Shown piece by piece: positions 1-9,505 of a stretch of 64,000 nucleotides of DNA; position 1 is the first letter of the stretch, and each line of letters starts with the position of its first letter. The notes beneath the pieces were generated by a model, which worked only from the letters and a program-made list of their open reading frames with translations, had not been told where the DNA came from and searched no databases. The stretch is from the NCBI GenBank assembly GCA_963796315.1, contig CAWCLH010000020.1:127245-191244 (forward strand), read 5' to 3'. The stretch comes from an uncultured Actinomycetota bacterium. GTDB taxonomy: Bacteria; Actinomycetota; Thermoleophilia; RBG-16-64-13. Both the position numbers and the translations under genes were made by a program.

Positions 1-1555
1 CCGGCTCTCGGTCGGGGGCAAGAGCCCTCTGACCGGCGGCATCAAGGAGGCCAACTCCGGCGGTCAGGCCGCCGGCAAGCTGGGCCGCCTGGGCGTCGCC
101 GCCATCGTTGTCCAGGGCGATCCACAGGGCAAGAGGTACGTGCTCAAGGTGACCAAGGACGGCGCGACCCTCGAGGACGGGTCGGCCTACTGGGGCAAGG
201 CCAACTACGAGCTCTCCGACGCGCTCCGCGCCGCCTACGGCGACAAGGTGGCGCTGGTGCAGTGCGGCCTGGCCGGCGAGTACGGCTACAAGAACTCGTC
301 CGTGGCCGTGACCGATCCGCAGGGGCGTCCCGCCCGCCACGCGGGCCGAGGCGGCCTAGGCGCTGTCATGGGCGCCCGCGGCCTGAAAGCCATCGTCATC
401 GACGACCAGGACGCCCCCCGCTCGGCGGTCGCCGACGCCGAGCGGTTCGACAAAGCCCGGAAGACGGTGGTGGAAGGGGTCCGCTCGCACCCGGTCAGCG
501 GCCAGGGCCTGCCCAACTACGGCACCGCCATCTTGGTCAACATCATCAACGAGGCAGGCGGGCTGCCCACGCACAACTTCCACGCGGGCCGATTCGATCG
601 GGCCGAGGACATCTCCGGGGAGACGCTGCACCAGAACGCCGAGGACCGGGGAGGTAAGCGGGAGCACGGCTGCATGACCAGCTGCATCGTCCACTGCTCG
701 AACGTCTACAACGATAAGGACGGCTCGTACGTCTCCTCCGGGGTGGAGTACGAGACCATCTGGGCCTTTGGGGCCGACTGTGACTGCTCGGACATCGACG
801 CCATCGCCCACATGGACCGCCAGTGCGACGACATCGGCCTGGACACCATCGAGACGGGCGACACCTTCGCCGTGGCCATGGAGGCCGGCATCCTGCCCTG
901 GGGTGACGCACAGGCCATGCTCAAGACGTTCGACGAGCTGCGCAACAACACCGAGATGGGCAAGAAGCTGGGCAACGGCTGCGTTCACGCCGGCAAGGAG
1001 TTCGGGGTCACCCACGTCGCGGCAGTCAAGGGCCAGGGCATGCCCGCGTACGACCCCCGGGCGGTCAAGGGTATCGGCGTCACCTACGCCACCAGCACGA
1101 TGGGCGCCGACCACACCGCCGGCTACGCCGTGGCGACCAACATCCTCAACGTAGGCGGCTCGGTGGATCCGCTGAAGGCCGAGGGTCAGTGCGTCCTGTC
1201 GCAGGCCCTGCAGGAGGCCACCGCCGGACTGTTCGACTCCACCGGTATCTGCGTGTTCCTGGCCTTCCCGGCGCTGGATCAGCCGGAGACGCTCGCCGGC
1301 CTGGCCGAGATGGTGTCGGCGAAGTTCGGCCAGCCCTGGGGGGCGGGCGATGCGGTGGGCCTGGGCAAGACGGTGCTCGACACGGAGCGGGCTTTCAATC
1401 GGGCCGCCGGCTTCACCGAGAAGGACGACCGCCTGCCCGAGTTCTTCTCGAAGGAGACCCTCCCGCCCCACGATGCCATCTGGGACGTGGCGGACGAGGA
1501 CCTCAACAAGGTGTGCGGCTGGAGCCCGGTCATCGAGATGGACTCACGCGGATAG
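1..1555 (+). CDS. aor: Aldehyde:ferredoxin oxidoreductase (tungsten-containing AOR family), 5'-partial; runs off the window start
   Basis: The reading frame is open from nt 2. Translation begins ..KSPLTGGIKEANSGGQAAGKLG.. and continues through 471 aa with AOR-family conservation. Stop codon TAG at 1553-1555. Confidence 0.85.
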   Translation, partial: RLSVGGKSPLTGGIKEANSGGQAAGKLGRLGVAAIVVQGDPQGKRYVLKVTKDGATLEDGSAYWGKANYELSDALRAAYGDKVALVQCGLAGEYGYKNSSVAVTDPQGRPARHAGRGGLGAVMGARGLKAIVIDDQDAPRSAVADAERFDKARKTVVEGVRSHPVSGQGLPNYGTAILVNIINEAGGLPTHNFHAGRFDRAEDISGETLHQNAEDRGGKREHGCMTSCIVHCSNVYNDKDGSYVSSGVEYETIWAFGADCDCSDIDAIAHMDRQCDDIGLDTIETGDTFAVAMEAGILPWGDAQAMLKTFDELRNNTEMGKKLGNGCVHAGKEFGVTHVAAVKGQGMPAYDPRAVKGIGVTYATSTMGADHTAGYAVATNILNVGGSVDPLKAEGQCVLSQALQEATAGLFDSTGICVFLAFPALDQPETLAGLAEMVSAKFGQPWGAGDAVGLGKTVLDTERAFNRAAGFTEKDDRLPEFFSKETLPPHDAIWDVADEDLNKVCGWSPVIEMDSRG

Positions 1556-1683
1556 TGCACGCGGGTAGTGAGGCATAGCCCGGCAGGCACGTCGATCAGG
1601 TCCTGCCGCGTGACGACGAGAAGCACGGTCGAGGCCGGGGCGTGGAGCGCCCCGGCCTCGACGCGGTGCCGCCGGTCTCGCCG

Positions 1684-1953
1684 ATGAAGATCACGGTCAA
1701 GCTCGGCTCGTCTCTGCGGCCCAAGGCCCCCGACTTCGTGGGCGGGGAGGGCGTCGTCGAGATGCCCGAGGGCTCCCGGGTCGCCGACCTGCTGGCCGCC
1801 ATGGACATCGGCGAGGACGAGGTCAACCTGATGTACCGCAACTTCCGCCTGGTGACCGTCAAGGCGTTGCTGCACGACGGTGACCGGCTGGCGCTCTTCC
1901 CGCCCAACTTCATCCATTTCAGCCAGTTCTACCTCAAGCGCGAGGACGAGTAG
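1684..1953 (+). CDS. MoaD/ThiS-like beta-grasp small protein with a C-terminal extension instead of a terminal GG
   Basis: ATG at 1684. The protein (MKITVKLGSS...GDRLALFPPNFIHFSQFYLKREDE) has a MoaD-like GD-x-LALFPP motif but no terminal Gly-Gly. Confidence 0.5.
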   Translation: MKITVKLGSSLRPKAPDFVGGEGVVEMPEGSRVADLLAAMDIGEDEVNLMYRNFRLVTVKALLHDGDRLALFPPNFIHFSQFYLKREDE

Positions 1954-2058
1954 GGAGCGCCCCGGCGGGGGAGACCGTTGAGTGTCGCAACGGCAGCGAG
2001 CCGAGCGGGAGGCTCTCGCATGGGTCGGAAACCTCAGGAACGACAGGTCTCTCCGGGG

Positions 2059-2313
2059 ATGGCGGAGGTGGTCGGTTTCTTCAGCATCCGGCCGCTCGTC
2101 GGGCCGGAGGGGCGGCGGGAGGTCCCCGTGGACGACGAGGCGACCGTCGGCGTGGTGGTCAACGGGCTGGGCATCCACCCGGAGCTGCTCGGGCTGATGC
2201 TGTTGAACGGGTGCGGCGCCCAGGTGGACTCCCGGATCAAGGCCGGCGACCGTCTGGCCCTGTACCCGGACTACGTGCCCTACCACAAGATCTACGGCAC
2301 CTGCATCGTCTGA
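2059..2313 (+). CDS. Second MoaD/ThiS-like beta-grasp small protein, paralogous to 1684..1953
   Basis: MAEVVGFFSIRP...VVVNGLGIHPELLGLMLLNGCGAQVDSRIKAGDRLALYPDYVPYHKIYGTCIV. It shares the GDRLAL(F/Y)P motif with the upstream ORF and also lacks a C-terminal GG. Confidence 0.5.
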   Translation: MAEVVGFFSIRPLVGPEGRREVPVDDEATVGVVVNGLGIHPELLGLMLLNGCGAQVDSRIKAGDRLALYPDYVPYHKIYGTCIV

Positions 2314-2416
2314 GGGCGGCTCACCTCCCGGACGGCGGGCAAAGGACGGCAGGAGGCCGAGCCCGGTCAGCTGCGTCCCAGGTATCGTATCCGGAGCTCT
2401 CCCGGAGCCCGGGCGG

Positions 2417-2917
2417 TCAAGGGATGCGCACCTCTTGGACCACTGCGCGGCGATGTGGAGCGCCCAGTCGGCGATGCACCCGAACGACGATCGTGCCGGC
2501 CAGGTGGTCATGCCAGGCCATCCGTCGATCGTCGACCAGGACCCAGAGGAACCCCAAGCCGGCCACCGCTCCCGCCACCAGAAACCCGACGAACCGAAAG
2601 ACCGCGCGCGGGGCGGACACCCGGCCTCCAGCAACGGTCACCACCTTGAGGCCCATGAGGGCCATGCCCAGCGTGCGTCCGAAGGCAGACCAGCAGAAGA
2701 CGAAGTAGAGCAGGACCACCAGTGCGCCGGCCCCGACGGGCAGCGCGCGATCCAGGCCCATCCCGAAGAGGGACTTCGCCGGGATGACGGCGGCCAAGGC
2801 CGACAGCACGTAGCCCGCCGTCGACGTGGCGCCGGCCAGCGCCAGGGCATCGACCACCAGGGCCGCCGCCCGGCTGACGAAGCCCGAGGGGAGCAGCCCT
2901 TCGGTAACAGGGATCAC
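2417..2917 (-). CDS. RDD-family membrane protein
   Basis: 166-aa ORF with transmembrane segments and a typical RDD-domain end (WHDHLAGTIVV). Confidence 0.65.
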   Translation of the reverse strand: MIPVTEGLLPSGFVSRAAALVVDALALAGATSTAGYVLSALAAVIPAKSLFGMGLDRALPVGAGALVVLLYFVFCWSAFGRTLGMALMGLKVVTVAGGRVSAPRAVFRFVGFLVAGAVAGLGFLWVLVDDRRMAWHDHLAGTIVVRVHRRLGAPHRRAVVQEVRIP

Positions 2918-2937
2918 CGGAGGGCGTCGTGGGCAGC

Positions 2938-3723
2938 TCAGCCATCGGAGGGCTCCCGACGGGCGATCACGACCGTGGGGACGACCACGGTCTGGGTCAC
3001 CGGGATGACCAGCGGCGGGCGAGGCCGGCCGCGGCGGAACACCTTCCGGGCCCAGGCCTCCGCCTCATCGTTCCAGCGGTCGGCGTACGCGCGCACGGTG
3101 TCGACGAGGTCCTCCAGCAGGGTCGAGCTCTGGGAGACCAGGAGCTCGTGGATCCGGTCGCTCTCGACCAGTCTGGTCACCGACAGCTCGGCGATCTGGT
3201 CGATGGACGTGGCCGCCACCTGTTGGAAGGTGGAGTCGGCCGTCGCGCCCGCGCGCGCCTCCTCGACGCGCCCGACCTCCGCGAATCGCTCCACCACCCG
3301 GCGTCCACGGGTCTCCAGCCGGTCGGCCTCAGAGCGGGCGGCGTCCAAGGCGAGTCCCGCGCCGGGGAGTCGTGACACCGGGAGACGTCGGGCCAGCAAA
3401 CGTGAGGTGCGGGCGACGGTGGCCGCGTCGCGGGCCGACGCCCTCCCGGCCTCGACCGCGAAGCCGGTCAGGGCGTGGCGGACGAGGTCGGTCTCGGTCT
3501 CGGAGGAGCGGGAGGGAGGGGGGAGGGGTGTCTCGGCGGACTCGCGTTCCAACCGGCGCAGGCCCCTCAGCGTCTGCGCCAGACCCAACGACACGCCGCC
3601 CAGGAGCAGGCCGGCCAGAGAGACGTTCTTTGCTGCCGGCGGGGACGGTACCGGCGGGTTGCGCGGGTCCACCTCCAATCGGCGGATGGGGGCGAGGCGG
3701 CCCCGGCGTCCTCTCCGCTTCAT
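2938..3723 (-). CDS. Hypothetical protein
   Basis: 261-aa ORF on the same strand directly upstream of the RDD gene. No family recognised. Confidence 0.3.
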   Translation of the reverse strand: MKRRGRRGRLAPIRRLEVDPRNPPVPSPPAAKNVSLAGLLLGGVSLGLAQTLRGLRRLERESAETPLPPPSRSSETETDLVRHALTGFAVEAGRASARDAATVARTSRLLARRLPVSRLPGAGLALDAARSEADRLETRGRRVVERFAEVGRVEEARAGATADSTFQQVAATSIDQIAELSVTRLVESDRIHELLVSQSSTLLEDLVDTVRAYADRWNDEAEAWARKVFRRGRPRPPLVIPVTQTVVVPTVVIARREPSDG

Positions 3724-3861
3724 TCCGACTCACTCCTCCCCGTCCGGCGACGGATCGGCTGGGCGTCACGCGAGATGTGCACCTTCATGCTCAGACGGTA
3801 GCACGGCGGCGAACCGATCCCGCGCCCGTCACTGCGGGGAGGTGCGCGGAAGGAGCACTCC

Positions 3862-5148
3862 TCAGCGTTTCTCCCATTTCTGGAGGTAGGCCACCTGGCT
3901 GAGCGTGCTGCCGCGAAGGATCTCCTCGCGGAGGCGGTTCTCCTTCTCGAGGACGTCCATGGCGCGGTTGGTGAACTCGAGCGCCTTCTCCTGGGGGATG
4001 ACGCAGACCCCGTCGTCGTCGCCGATCACCCAGTCGCCGGGGGCGACGCGCACCCCGCCGATGTGGAGCGGGACGCCGATCTCGCCGAAACCCTTCGGCT
4101 CGCCCGCCGTGGGGCTGACGAAGGTGGAGAACAGGGGGAACCCCAGCTCGCGGATGTCGCCGGTGTCGCGGGCCGCGCCGTGGATCACCACGCCGCCCAG
4201 CTTCCGCTGCATCGCCGAGTTCGTGGCCAGTTCCCCCCAGACCGCCGGGCCGATACCCCCCACGTCGATGACCAGGATGTCGCCCTCGTCCGCCAGGTCG
4301 ATGGCCTCCACCGGCTTGGCCCAGTCCCCGGGGAAGGTGCGCACCGTGAAGGCGCGGCCGACCATCTTGACGCCGGGGGTGCGGCAGGGGACGTTGGGCA
4401 GGTCGCCCGTACGGTGCAGGGCGTCCGAGACGTTGGCCGCCGAGACCCGGGTCAGCATCTCGTGCAGGTCGGGGCCGGTGGCCCGCACGAAGTACTGAGA
4501 CTCCATGGTGACCCGGTGGGCCAGGCCGTGCTTGATGCGTCGGGTGGCTTCGGCGGCGTCGGTGGCTTTGGTGATCGCGCCGCCCACGACGACGATGGAG
4601 GCGCCCGCCTCCAGGGCCGCCGCCGCGGTCTGGGAGTTGATGCCGCCGGCCACGGCCACCGGGATGGAGACGGCGGCGGCCACCTCGCCCAGCAGGGCGA
4701 AGGGGCTCTTGCCCTCCATCTGCTCGTCGATGGCCACGTGGATGCCCACGAAGCTGGCTCCCATCGCCTCCACCTCGCGCGCCCGGGTGACCGGGTCCGC
4801 CACCTGGATCATGTCGACGATGATGCGCGCGCCGTAGTTGCGTCCCGCCTCGATGCACTCCTTGATGGTGGCGTCGGAGGCCGCGCCGAGCACGCCCACC
4901 ACGTCCGCTCCCGCCTTGGCCGCGAACTCCACCTCGGCGCGGCCCGCGTCCATGGTCTTCATGTCGGCCACGATGGTCCGGTCGGGCCAGCGTTCCTTGA
5001 GGGCCCGCACCGCTTCCAGGCCCTCGCTCTTGATCAGGGGCGTCCCCGCCTCCAGCCAGTCGGCGCCGCCCAGCACGGCCTCCTCGGCCACTTGAAGTGC
5101 GCGCGGCAGGTCGACGAAGTCGAGGGCCAGCTGCAGGACGGGCTTCAC
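3862..5148 (-). CDS. hps: Bifunctional 3-hexulose-6-phosphate synthase / RraA-like protein (HPS-RraA fusion)
   Basis: The N-terminal half (VKPVLQLALDFVD...GTPLIKSEGLEAV...DMKTMDAG) is HPS/OMP-decarboxylase-like. The C-terminal half (...DGVCVIPQEKALEFTNRA...) is an RraA/MenG-like fold. The GTG start overlaps the TGA stop of yjbQ (gggggtaTGAcGTGaag). Confidence 0.8.
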   Translation of the reverse strand: MKPVLQLALDFVDLPRALQVAEEAVLGGADWLEAGTPLIKSEGLEAVRALKERWPDRTIVADMKTMDAGRAEVEFAAKAGADVVGVLGAASDATIKECIEAGRNYGARIIVDMIQVADPVTRAREVEAMGASFVGIHVAIDEQMEGKSPFALLGEVAAAVSIPVAVAGGINSQTAAAALEAGASIVVVGGAITKATDAAEATRRIKHGLAHRVTMESQYFVRATGPDLHEMLTRVSAANVSDALHRTGDLPNVPCRTPGVKMVGRAFTVRTFPGDWAKPVEAIDLADEGDILVIDVGGIGPAVWGELATNSAMQRKLGGVVIHGAARDTGDIRELGFPLFSTFVSPTAGEPKGFGEIGVPLHIGGVRVAPGDWVIGDDDGVCVIPQEKALEFTNRAMDVLEKENRLREEILRGSTLSQVAYLQKWEKR

Positions 5149-5149
5149 G

Positions 5150-5606
5150 TCATACCCCCATGAACTGGACCACCAGGCGGCGGTCGCGTGGCCGGTTGTC
5201 GAAGCAGACGAAGCAGATCTCCTGCCAGGTACCCAGGGTCATGCGGCCTTCCACGAAGGGCACCGTCAGCGAGGGGCCCAACAGGCCCGCCCGGACGTGG
5301 GAGTGGCCGTTGCCGTCGCCCAGGTTGGCGTTGTGGGCGTAGGGCGCGGTCCGGCGACGCCACCTCGTCGAAGAGCCGCTGGAAGTCCTGCACGACTCCC
5401 GGCTCGTACTCGAGCGTGGTGACCGCGCCGGTCGCCCCCGGCGCGAACACCGTGACGGTCCCGGCGTCGAGCCCGGTCTCGGTGAGGAGCTGCGCTATTC
5501 GGGCGGTCACGTTGACGGTGTCGGCGTCGCCCCGGGTCTGGAACGAGACGGTGCGCGTGGCGACGGTCAACGTGCCGGTGTGGTCGGCGGTCTGCGCGGC
5601 GTTCAT
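5150..5606 (-). CDS. yjbQ: YjbQ/UPF0047 family protein (secondary thiamine-phosphate synthase-like), with an internal frameshift
   Basis: ATG at 5606 with an AAGGAG RBS 6 nt upstream. N-terminal MNAAQTADHTGTLTVATRTVSFQTRGDADTVNVT...LFDEVASP. After a 1-nt frame change near 5335 the sequence continues PYAHNANLGDGNGHSHVRAGLLGPSLTVPFVEGRMTLGTWQEICFVCFDNRPRDRRLVVQFMGV* (YjbQ HxxxxxxNxxAHxKxxLxG...GTWQ motif). Confidence 0.7.
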
Positions 5607-6572
5607 GGTCGTCTCCTTGGGTCGCGGGGGGAGGGCGGCGACGCCGATTGGTCGAGCGTCGATCGGAGCCGTTCGATGGCGTCTTCGGAGAGCCGTCCCT
5701 GTCGCCGCAGGATGTCCAAGGTCCGCGACCCGAGGAGCCGGTAGAGCGGCAGGGTGTCGGGCGCCTCCTGGGCGAGCGCGTCCAGGTGGGTGTGGACGGT
5801 GTGCAGGTCGCCCCGGCTGAGGGGTCCGGTAAGGGCGCCGGCCGTGGACCCCGTGGCCGACAGGTTGTCCAGGGTGCCCTGGAGCAGAGGGAGGGCCCCT
5901 CGCAGGGCCGCGTCCTGGTCGAGCCCGGCGCGCTCGAAGAGCTGCGCGGCCACGTCGACCAGGGTCACCAGGTAATTGCTGGCGACGCTGGCGGCAGCGT
6001 GGTAGAGGGGACGGTGTTCGTCGCGGAGCAGGAAGGCATGGGCGCCCAGGGCCGATGCCAGCCGCTCGCCCATAGCCCGGGCGGAGTCGTTGCCGGGGGA
6101 GAGCGCGACCGCGATGCCGCGGAAGCGATCGGGACCCGGAGACCGGTTCGGCGAAGGTCTGCAGGGGGTGGAAGGCCAGGACGTCGGCGCCGGCCTGCGC
6201 GCAGGGGTCCAGGACCGAGAGCGGCGTAGCACCGCTCGTGTGCAGGACGGTCGGCCGGGGGGACGAGGGGGACTGGGAGGCCAGGAGCCGGCCCGTCTCA
6301 CCGGCGACCGTCTCGAGGCGATCGTCGGGCACGGTCAAGAGCACGAGATCGGGGCGGGTGTCCAGCAACGAGGCGAGGTCGAGTGCGGCCAAGGGTCCCA
6401 GATAGCGGGCGGCAACGGCTCCGCCCTTCTGGGTCCGGCAGAGGAAGGCCGTGCAGGCGGCCCCGGCTCGCAGCAACGCCAAGGCCAACGAGGTGCCCAG
6501 GCGGCCGGCGCCGACCACGGCGAACCTCAGTCCGCGAAGGCTCTCAGACGAGGGAGGCGGGAGCGGAGGCAT
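5603..6572 (-). CDS. Rossmann-fold NAD(P)-binding protein with a DUF2520-like C-terminal domain (ProC/ketopantoate-reductase-like), with an internal frameshift
   Basis: N-terminal MPPLPPPSSESLRGLRFAVVGAGRLGTSLALAL (GxGxxG). A frame change occurs near 6125 after ..FHPLQTFAEPVSGS. The C-terminal part ..DRFRGIAVALSPGNDSARAMGERLASALGAHAFLLRDEHRPLYHAAASVASNYLVTL.. is DUF2520-like. Confidence 0.5.
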
Positions 6573-6801
6573 GCATGGAGACCTTTCGTTCCAGTTCTGC
6601 GGCCAGATACCAGACTCGGTCGTGGATGGCGTCTCCCCGCGTGAGCTCGGTCGGTAGCCCGCCGGGACAGGTCGCACTCCGGCCACTCACCAGGTGGAGC
6701 GGAGCATAACAACTCGACTCATTTGCGACAAGGTCGACCGGGGGAGAGGTTCGGCCGCCGAACGGGTACACCGCCCTCAGAGGACCCCAGCGAGGGAGGC
6801 A

Positions 6802-7019
6802 TGTCGATGGCGAGAATGAGGCTCACCCGATCCCGGGACGACAAGATGCTCTGTGGAGTGGCCGGAGGGATAGCCCGCTACCTGGACGTGGACCCCACCT
6901 TGGTCCGGCTGGCTTGGGTGGTGAGCATCCTGCTGCCCGGGCCCAACGCGATCATCGTCGTGCTCTATTTGGTACTCTGCTTCGTGCTGCCGCCCGAGGC
7001 CCCCGGGGGGTCGGGGTAG
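6802..7019 (+). CDS. PspC-domain membrane protein
   Basis: MSMARMRLTRSRDDKMLCGVAGGIARYLDVDPTLVRLAWVVSILLPGPNAIIVVLYLVLCFVLP is the PspC signature (RSxxDxxxxGVCGGLAxYxxxDPTxVRxxWV). Confidence 0.6.
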
Positions 7020-7085
7020 GGGCACGTCGGGGGCCCCGAGAGGCGCGGCGGCCGCCCGAGCGTCACCCGAGTCAGGAGGCTCCGG

Positions 7086-7312
7086 TGCCCATCTACGAAT
7101 ACCGTTGCTCCTGCTGCGAGCACGAGTTCGAGGAGTTGGTCAGTCTGAGCGCAGCCGAGGACCGGCTCCCCTGCCCGGCCTGCGGAGAGCGTCTCGCCGA
7201 ACGGCGGCTTTCGACGTTCTCCGTGCGCGTCGCCGGCGGAGGCGGGGGGCGTTCGAGCTCGTCGGGTAAGAGTTGTGGCGGGTGCAGGCGATCGTCCTGT
7301 GCCGGCTGCTAG
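7086..7312 (+). CDS. FmdB-family zinc-ribbon protein
   Basis: GTG start preceded by AGGAGG. (V)PIYEYRCSCCEHEFEEL...LPCPACGERL matches the FmdB CxxC...CPxCG motif. Stop TAG at 7310-7312. Confidence 0.75.
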
Positions 7313-7322
7313 GGCGGGCGTG

Positions 7323-8064
7323 ATGGGCCTCGACGAGCGGGGGTCGGCTTCGCGCCGCAGAGCGCCTGGCCGGCCAGGCGGAAGCCCTGCGCGATTGCCA
7401 CGACTGCGCCTTGGCCGACACCCGGACGACCGTGGTCTTCGGCGTGGGGGACCCGCACGCGGAGGTCCTCTTCGTGGGGGAAGGCCCGGGCTTCAACGAG
7501 GACCAGCGGGGGGAGCCGTTCGTGGGCGCGGCCGGCCGGCTCCTGGACGAGCTGCTGGCCTCCATCGGTCTGCGTCGAGAGGACGTGTACATCGCCAATG
7601 TGGTGAAGTGCCGCCCGCCCGGCAATCGGGATCCCTTGGACGAGGAGATCCGAGCCTGCACGCCTCACCTCGCCCGCCAGGTCCAGACCATCCGTCCCAA
7701 AGTCATCTGCACGCTGGGACGGTTCGCGACCAGGCTCCTGGGTGACACCGAAGCCAGCATGACCCGGGTGCATGGACGGGCCAAGGAGACCGAGGTGTTC
7801 GGCGTGCCCTGCGTGGTGTTCCCCATCTTCCATCCGGCGGCCGCCCTCTACACCCCGGCGAACCGGACCATGCTGGAGCAGGACTTCCTCCGCCTGCGGC
7901 GTCTGCTTGCCCGAGGCTCAGCCGCGCCGGAGCGGGTGGAGGAGGCGGAGGGAGGCCGGTCCGTGCCCGATCTGCCGAACTCCTCGACCGGGACTGAGTC
8001 GGTCACGGCGAACCCCTCACCCGCGGAGGGCCCGAGCCGGGCCGAGCAACTGCCCCTGTGGTGA
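7323..8064 (+). CDS. udg: Uracil-DNA glycosylase, family 4 (UdgA-like), with a probable indel near the 5' end
   Basis: ..AERLAGQAEALRDCHDCALADTRTTVVFGVGDPHAEVLFVGEGPGFNEDQRGEPFVGAAGRLL...VVKCRPPGNRDP. The GEGPG/FVG.AG motifs are family-4 UDG. The caller's ORF starts at TTG 7411, but homology extends upstream in an adjacent frame to ATG 7323. Confidence 0.75.
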
Positions 8065-8576
8065 CCGGGACGGGGGACGAGCCGCGCGACCGGCCGGGAA
8101 GCCTGGTCCTCCTCGACGAGTCCGCCGTGGACCTCCCGGCTCTGGTACGGGCGGCCGAGCGGCTGGCCGCCGCCGTGAGACCCGGGGACCTGGTCCTGTT
8201 GCTCGGGCCCTTGGGAGCGGGCAAGACCGAGTTCGTGCGCGCGGTGGCTCGGGCACTGGGCGTGACCGATCCGGTGCGCAGCCCTTCCTTCACGTTGGCG
8301 AACGTCTATGCGGGTCGCACCCGGGTGCACCATCTGGATCTGTATCGGCTGGAAGCCGTGGGTGAGGGCGACGCCCTTGCGTTGGAGGAGTACCTCACCT
8401 CCGAGGCGGTCACGCTGGTGGAGTGGCCGCAGGCCGGTGCCCGGCGGCTCGGTCGGGCCACCTGGGTGGTGGAGCTGGACCACCGCACCCCGGACACCCG
8501 GAGCCTCCGGGTATCCGCCCGCGACGCCGAGGCACAGGCTCGATGGGTAGCCGCGGCCGCGGACGGCGCCGGGTGA
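8058..8576 (+). CDS. tsaE: tRNA threonylcarbamoyladenosine biosynthesis ATPase TsaE (YjeE)
   Basis: ..LVLLLGPLGAGKTEFVRAVARALGV...VRSPSFTLANVY is a P-loop TsaE. Start overlaps the UDG stop. Confidence 0.8.
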   Translation: MVTGTGDEPRDRPGSLVLLDESAVDLPALVRAAERLAAAVRPGDLVLLLGPLGAGKTEFVRAVARALGVTDPVRSPSFTLANVYAGRTRVHHLDLYRLEAVGEGDALALEEYLTSEAVTLVEWPQAGARRLGRATWVVELDHRTPDTRSLRVSARDAEAQARWVAAAADGAG

Positions 8577-9505
8577 GCCGGAGCCGTCCCACCGGGTTGG
8601 TGCTCGCTCTGGACACCGCGACCGACCAGGCGACCGTCTCCCTGCTCAGGGTGACGGCGGCCGAGCCGCCGCCCCGGGAGGCGGGCCGACCGAGTCGAGG
8701 CGGTCCCCGTCCGGGGCGGTTCGGTCGCCATCCTCGCCTCGCGGACCCAGGCGGTCAAGACCTCACACGCCCGCCGTCTCCTGGTCCTGATGGAGGACGT
8801 CTTGGAGGAGGCGGAGGTCGCGCCGCTCGACCTCGCGGCCCTCGTCGTCGGACGGGGGCCGGGCACGTTCACCGGCGTCCGGCTGGGAGTCGCCGTCGCC
8901 CGCGCGGCCGCCCTGTCGCTGGACATCCCCGTGGCCGGGGTGACCACCCTGTCCGCGCTGGCGGCGGAGGCGATCGCCGCTGGATCGTTGGGGGCGGCCG
9001 ATGCCTTCGCGGGCGGACCGGGGGAGGGTCTCGACGTGATCGTGCCCGTCACCGACGCCCGGCGGGGCGAGGTGTTCGCCACCGTCTACATGGCCGAGCC
9101 TCCCGCACCGGGTGAGGGGGCAGGCACGGTGGCGGCGCGTCACCGACATCTTCGCCTGTGCCCCTGCGGGGATCGAGGAGGCCGTCCGCCGCCGGATGCC
9201 GAAGACCTCTTGGCAGGGACCGTTGCTGGTGGTCGGGCCGGTGGCTTTGGGTGGGGAGAGGGCCGTGACCTCCCCGGGCTGCTTCTTTCCTGGTGGCCGG
9301 GCAGGAACGGCTCAGCGAACCGGGCGACGCCCCGGAAGGGGATCGGCTGGTGCCCTGGTTGCTGGAGGCCGCCGAGCGACCGCTTGGGGCGCTGGGGCGC
9401 CCGTCGGGAGAGCTCGGCTCCCCCGAGAGCGTGGTCCCGGTCTACGTCCGTGCGCCCGATGCCGACCTCCACATCACCAAGATGCGCGATCCATGGGCTT
9501 CGTGA
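8574..9505 (+). CDS. tsaB: TsaB (YeaZ), t6A biosynthesis protein; several frameshifts
   Basis: GTG overlapping the tsaE stop. MSRSRPTGLVLALDTATDQATVSLL...VGRGPGTFTGVRLGVAVARAAALSLDIPVAGVTTLSALA...VVPVYVRAPDA matches TsaB in pieces across three frames. Confidence 0.7.

Noticed and set aside
356-1471. Long antisense and overlapping ORFs throughout (for example 356..1471-, 11132..12073-, 12201..13652-, 19301..20593-, 29987..30628-, 35898..37592-)
   Set aside because: In 70% GC DNA, stop codons are rare in all frames. These ORFs lie opposite or overlapping well-supported genes (aor, groEL, nuoL and others) and translate to Arg/Pro/Gly-rich low-complexity sequence.
5330-6130. Frameshifts in yjbQ and the DUF2520 gene as evidence of genuine pseudogenes
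   Set aside because: The same indel pattern affects essential genes (groEL, tsaD, guaA) at a similar rate, so an assembly artefact is the simpler explanation.
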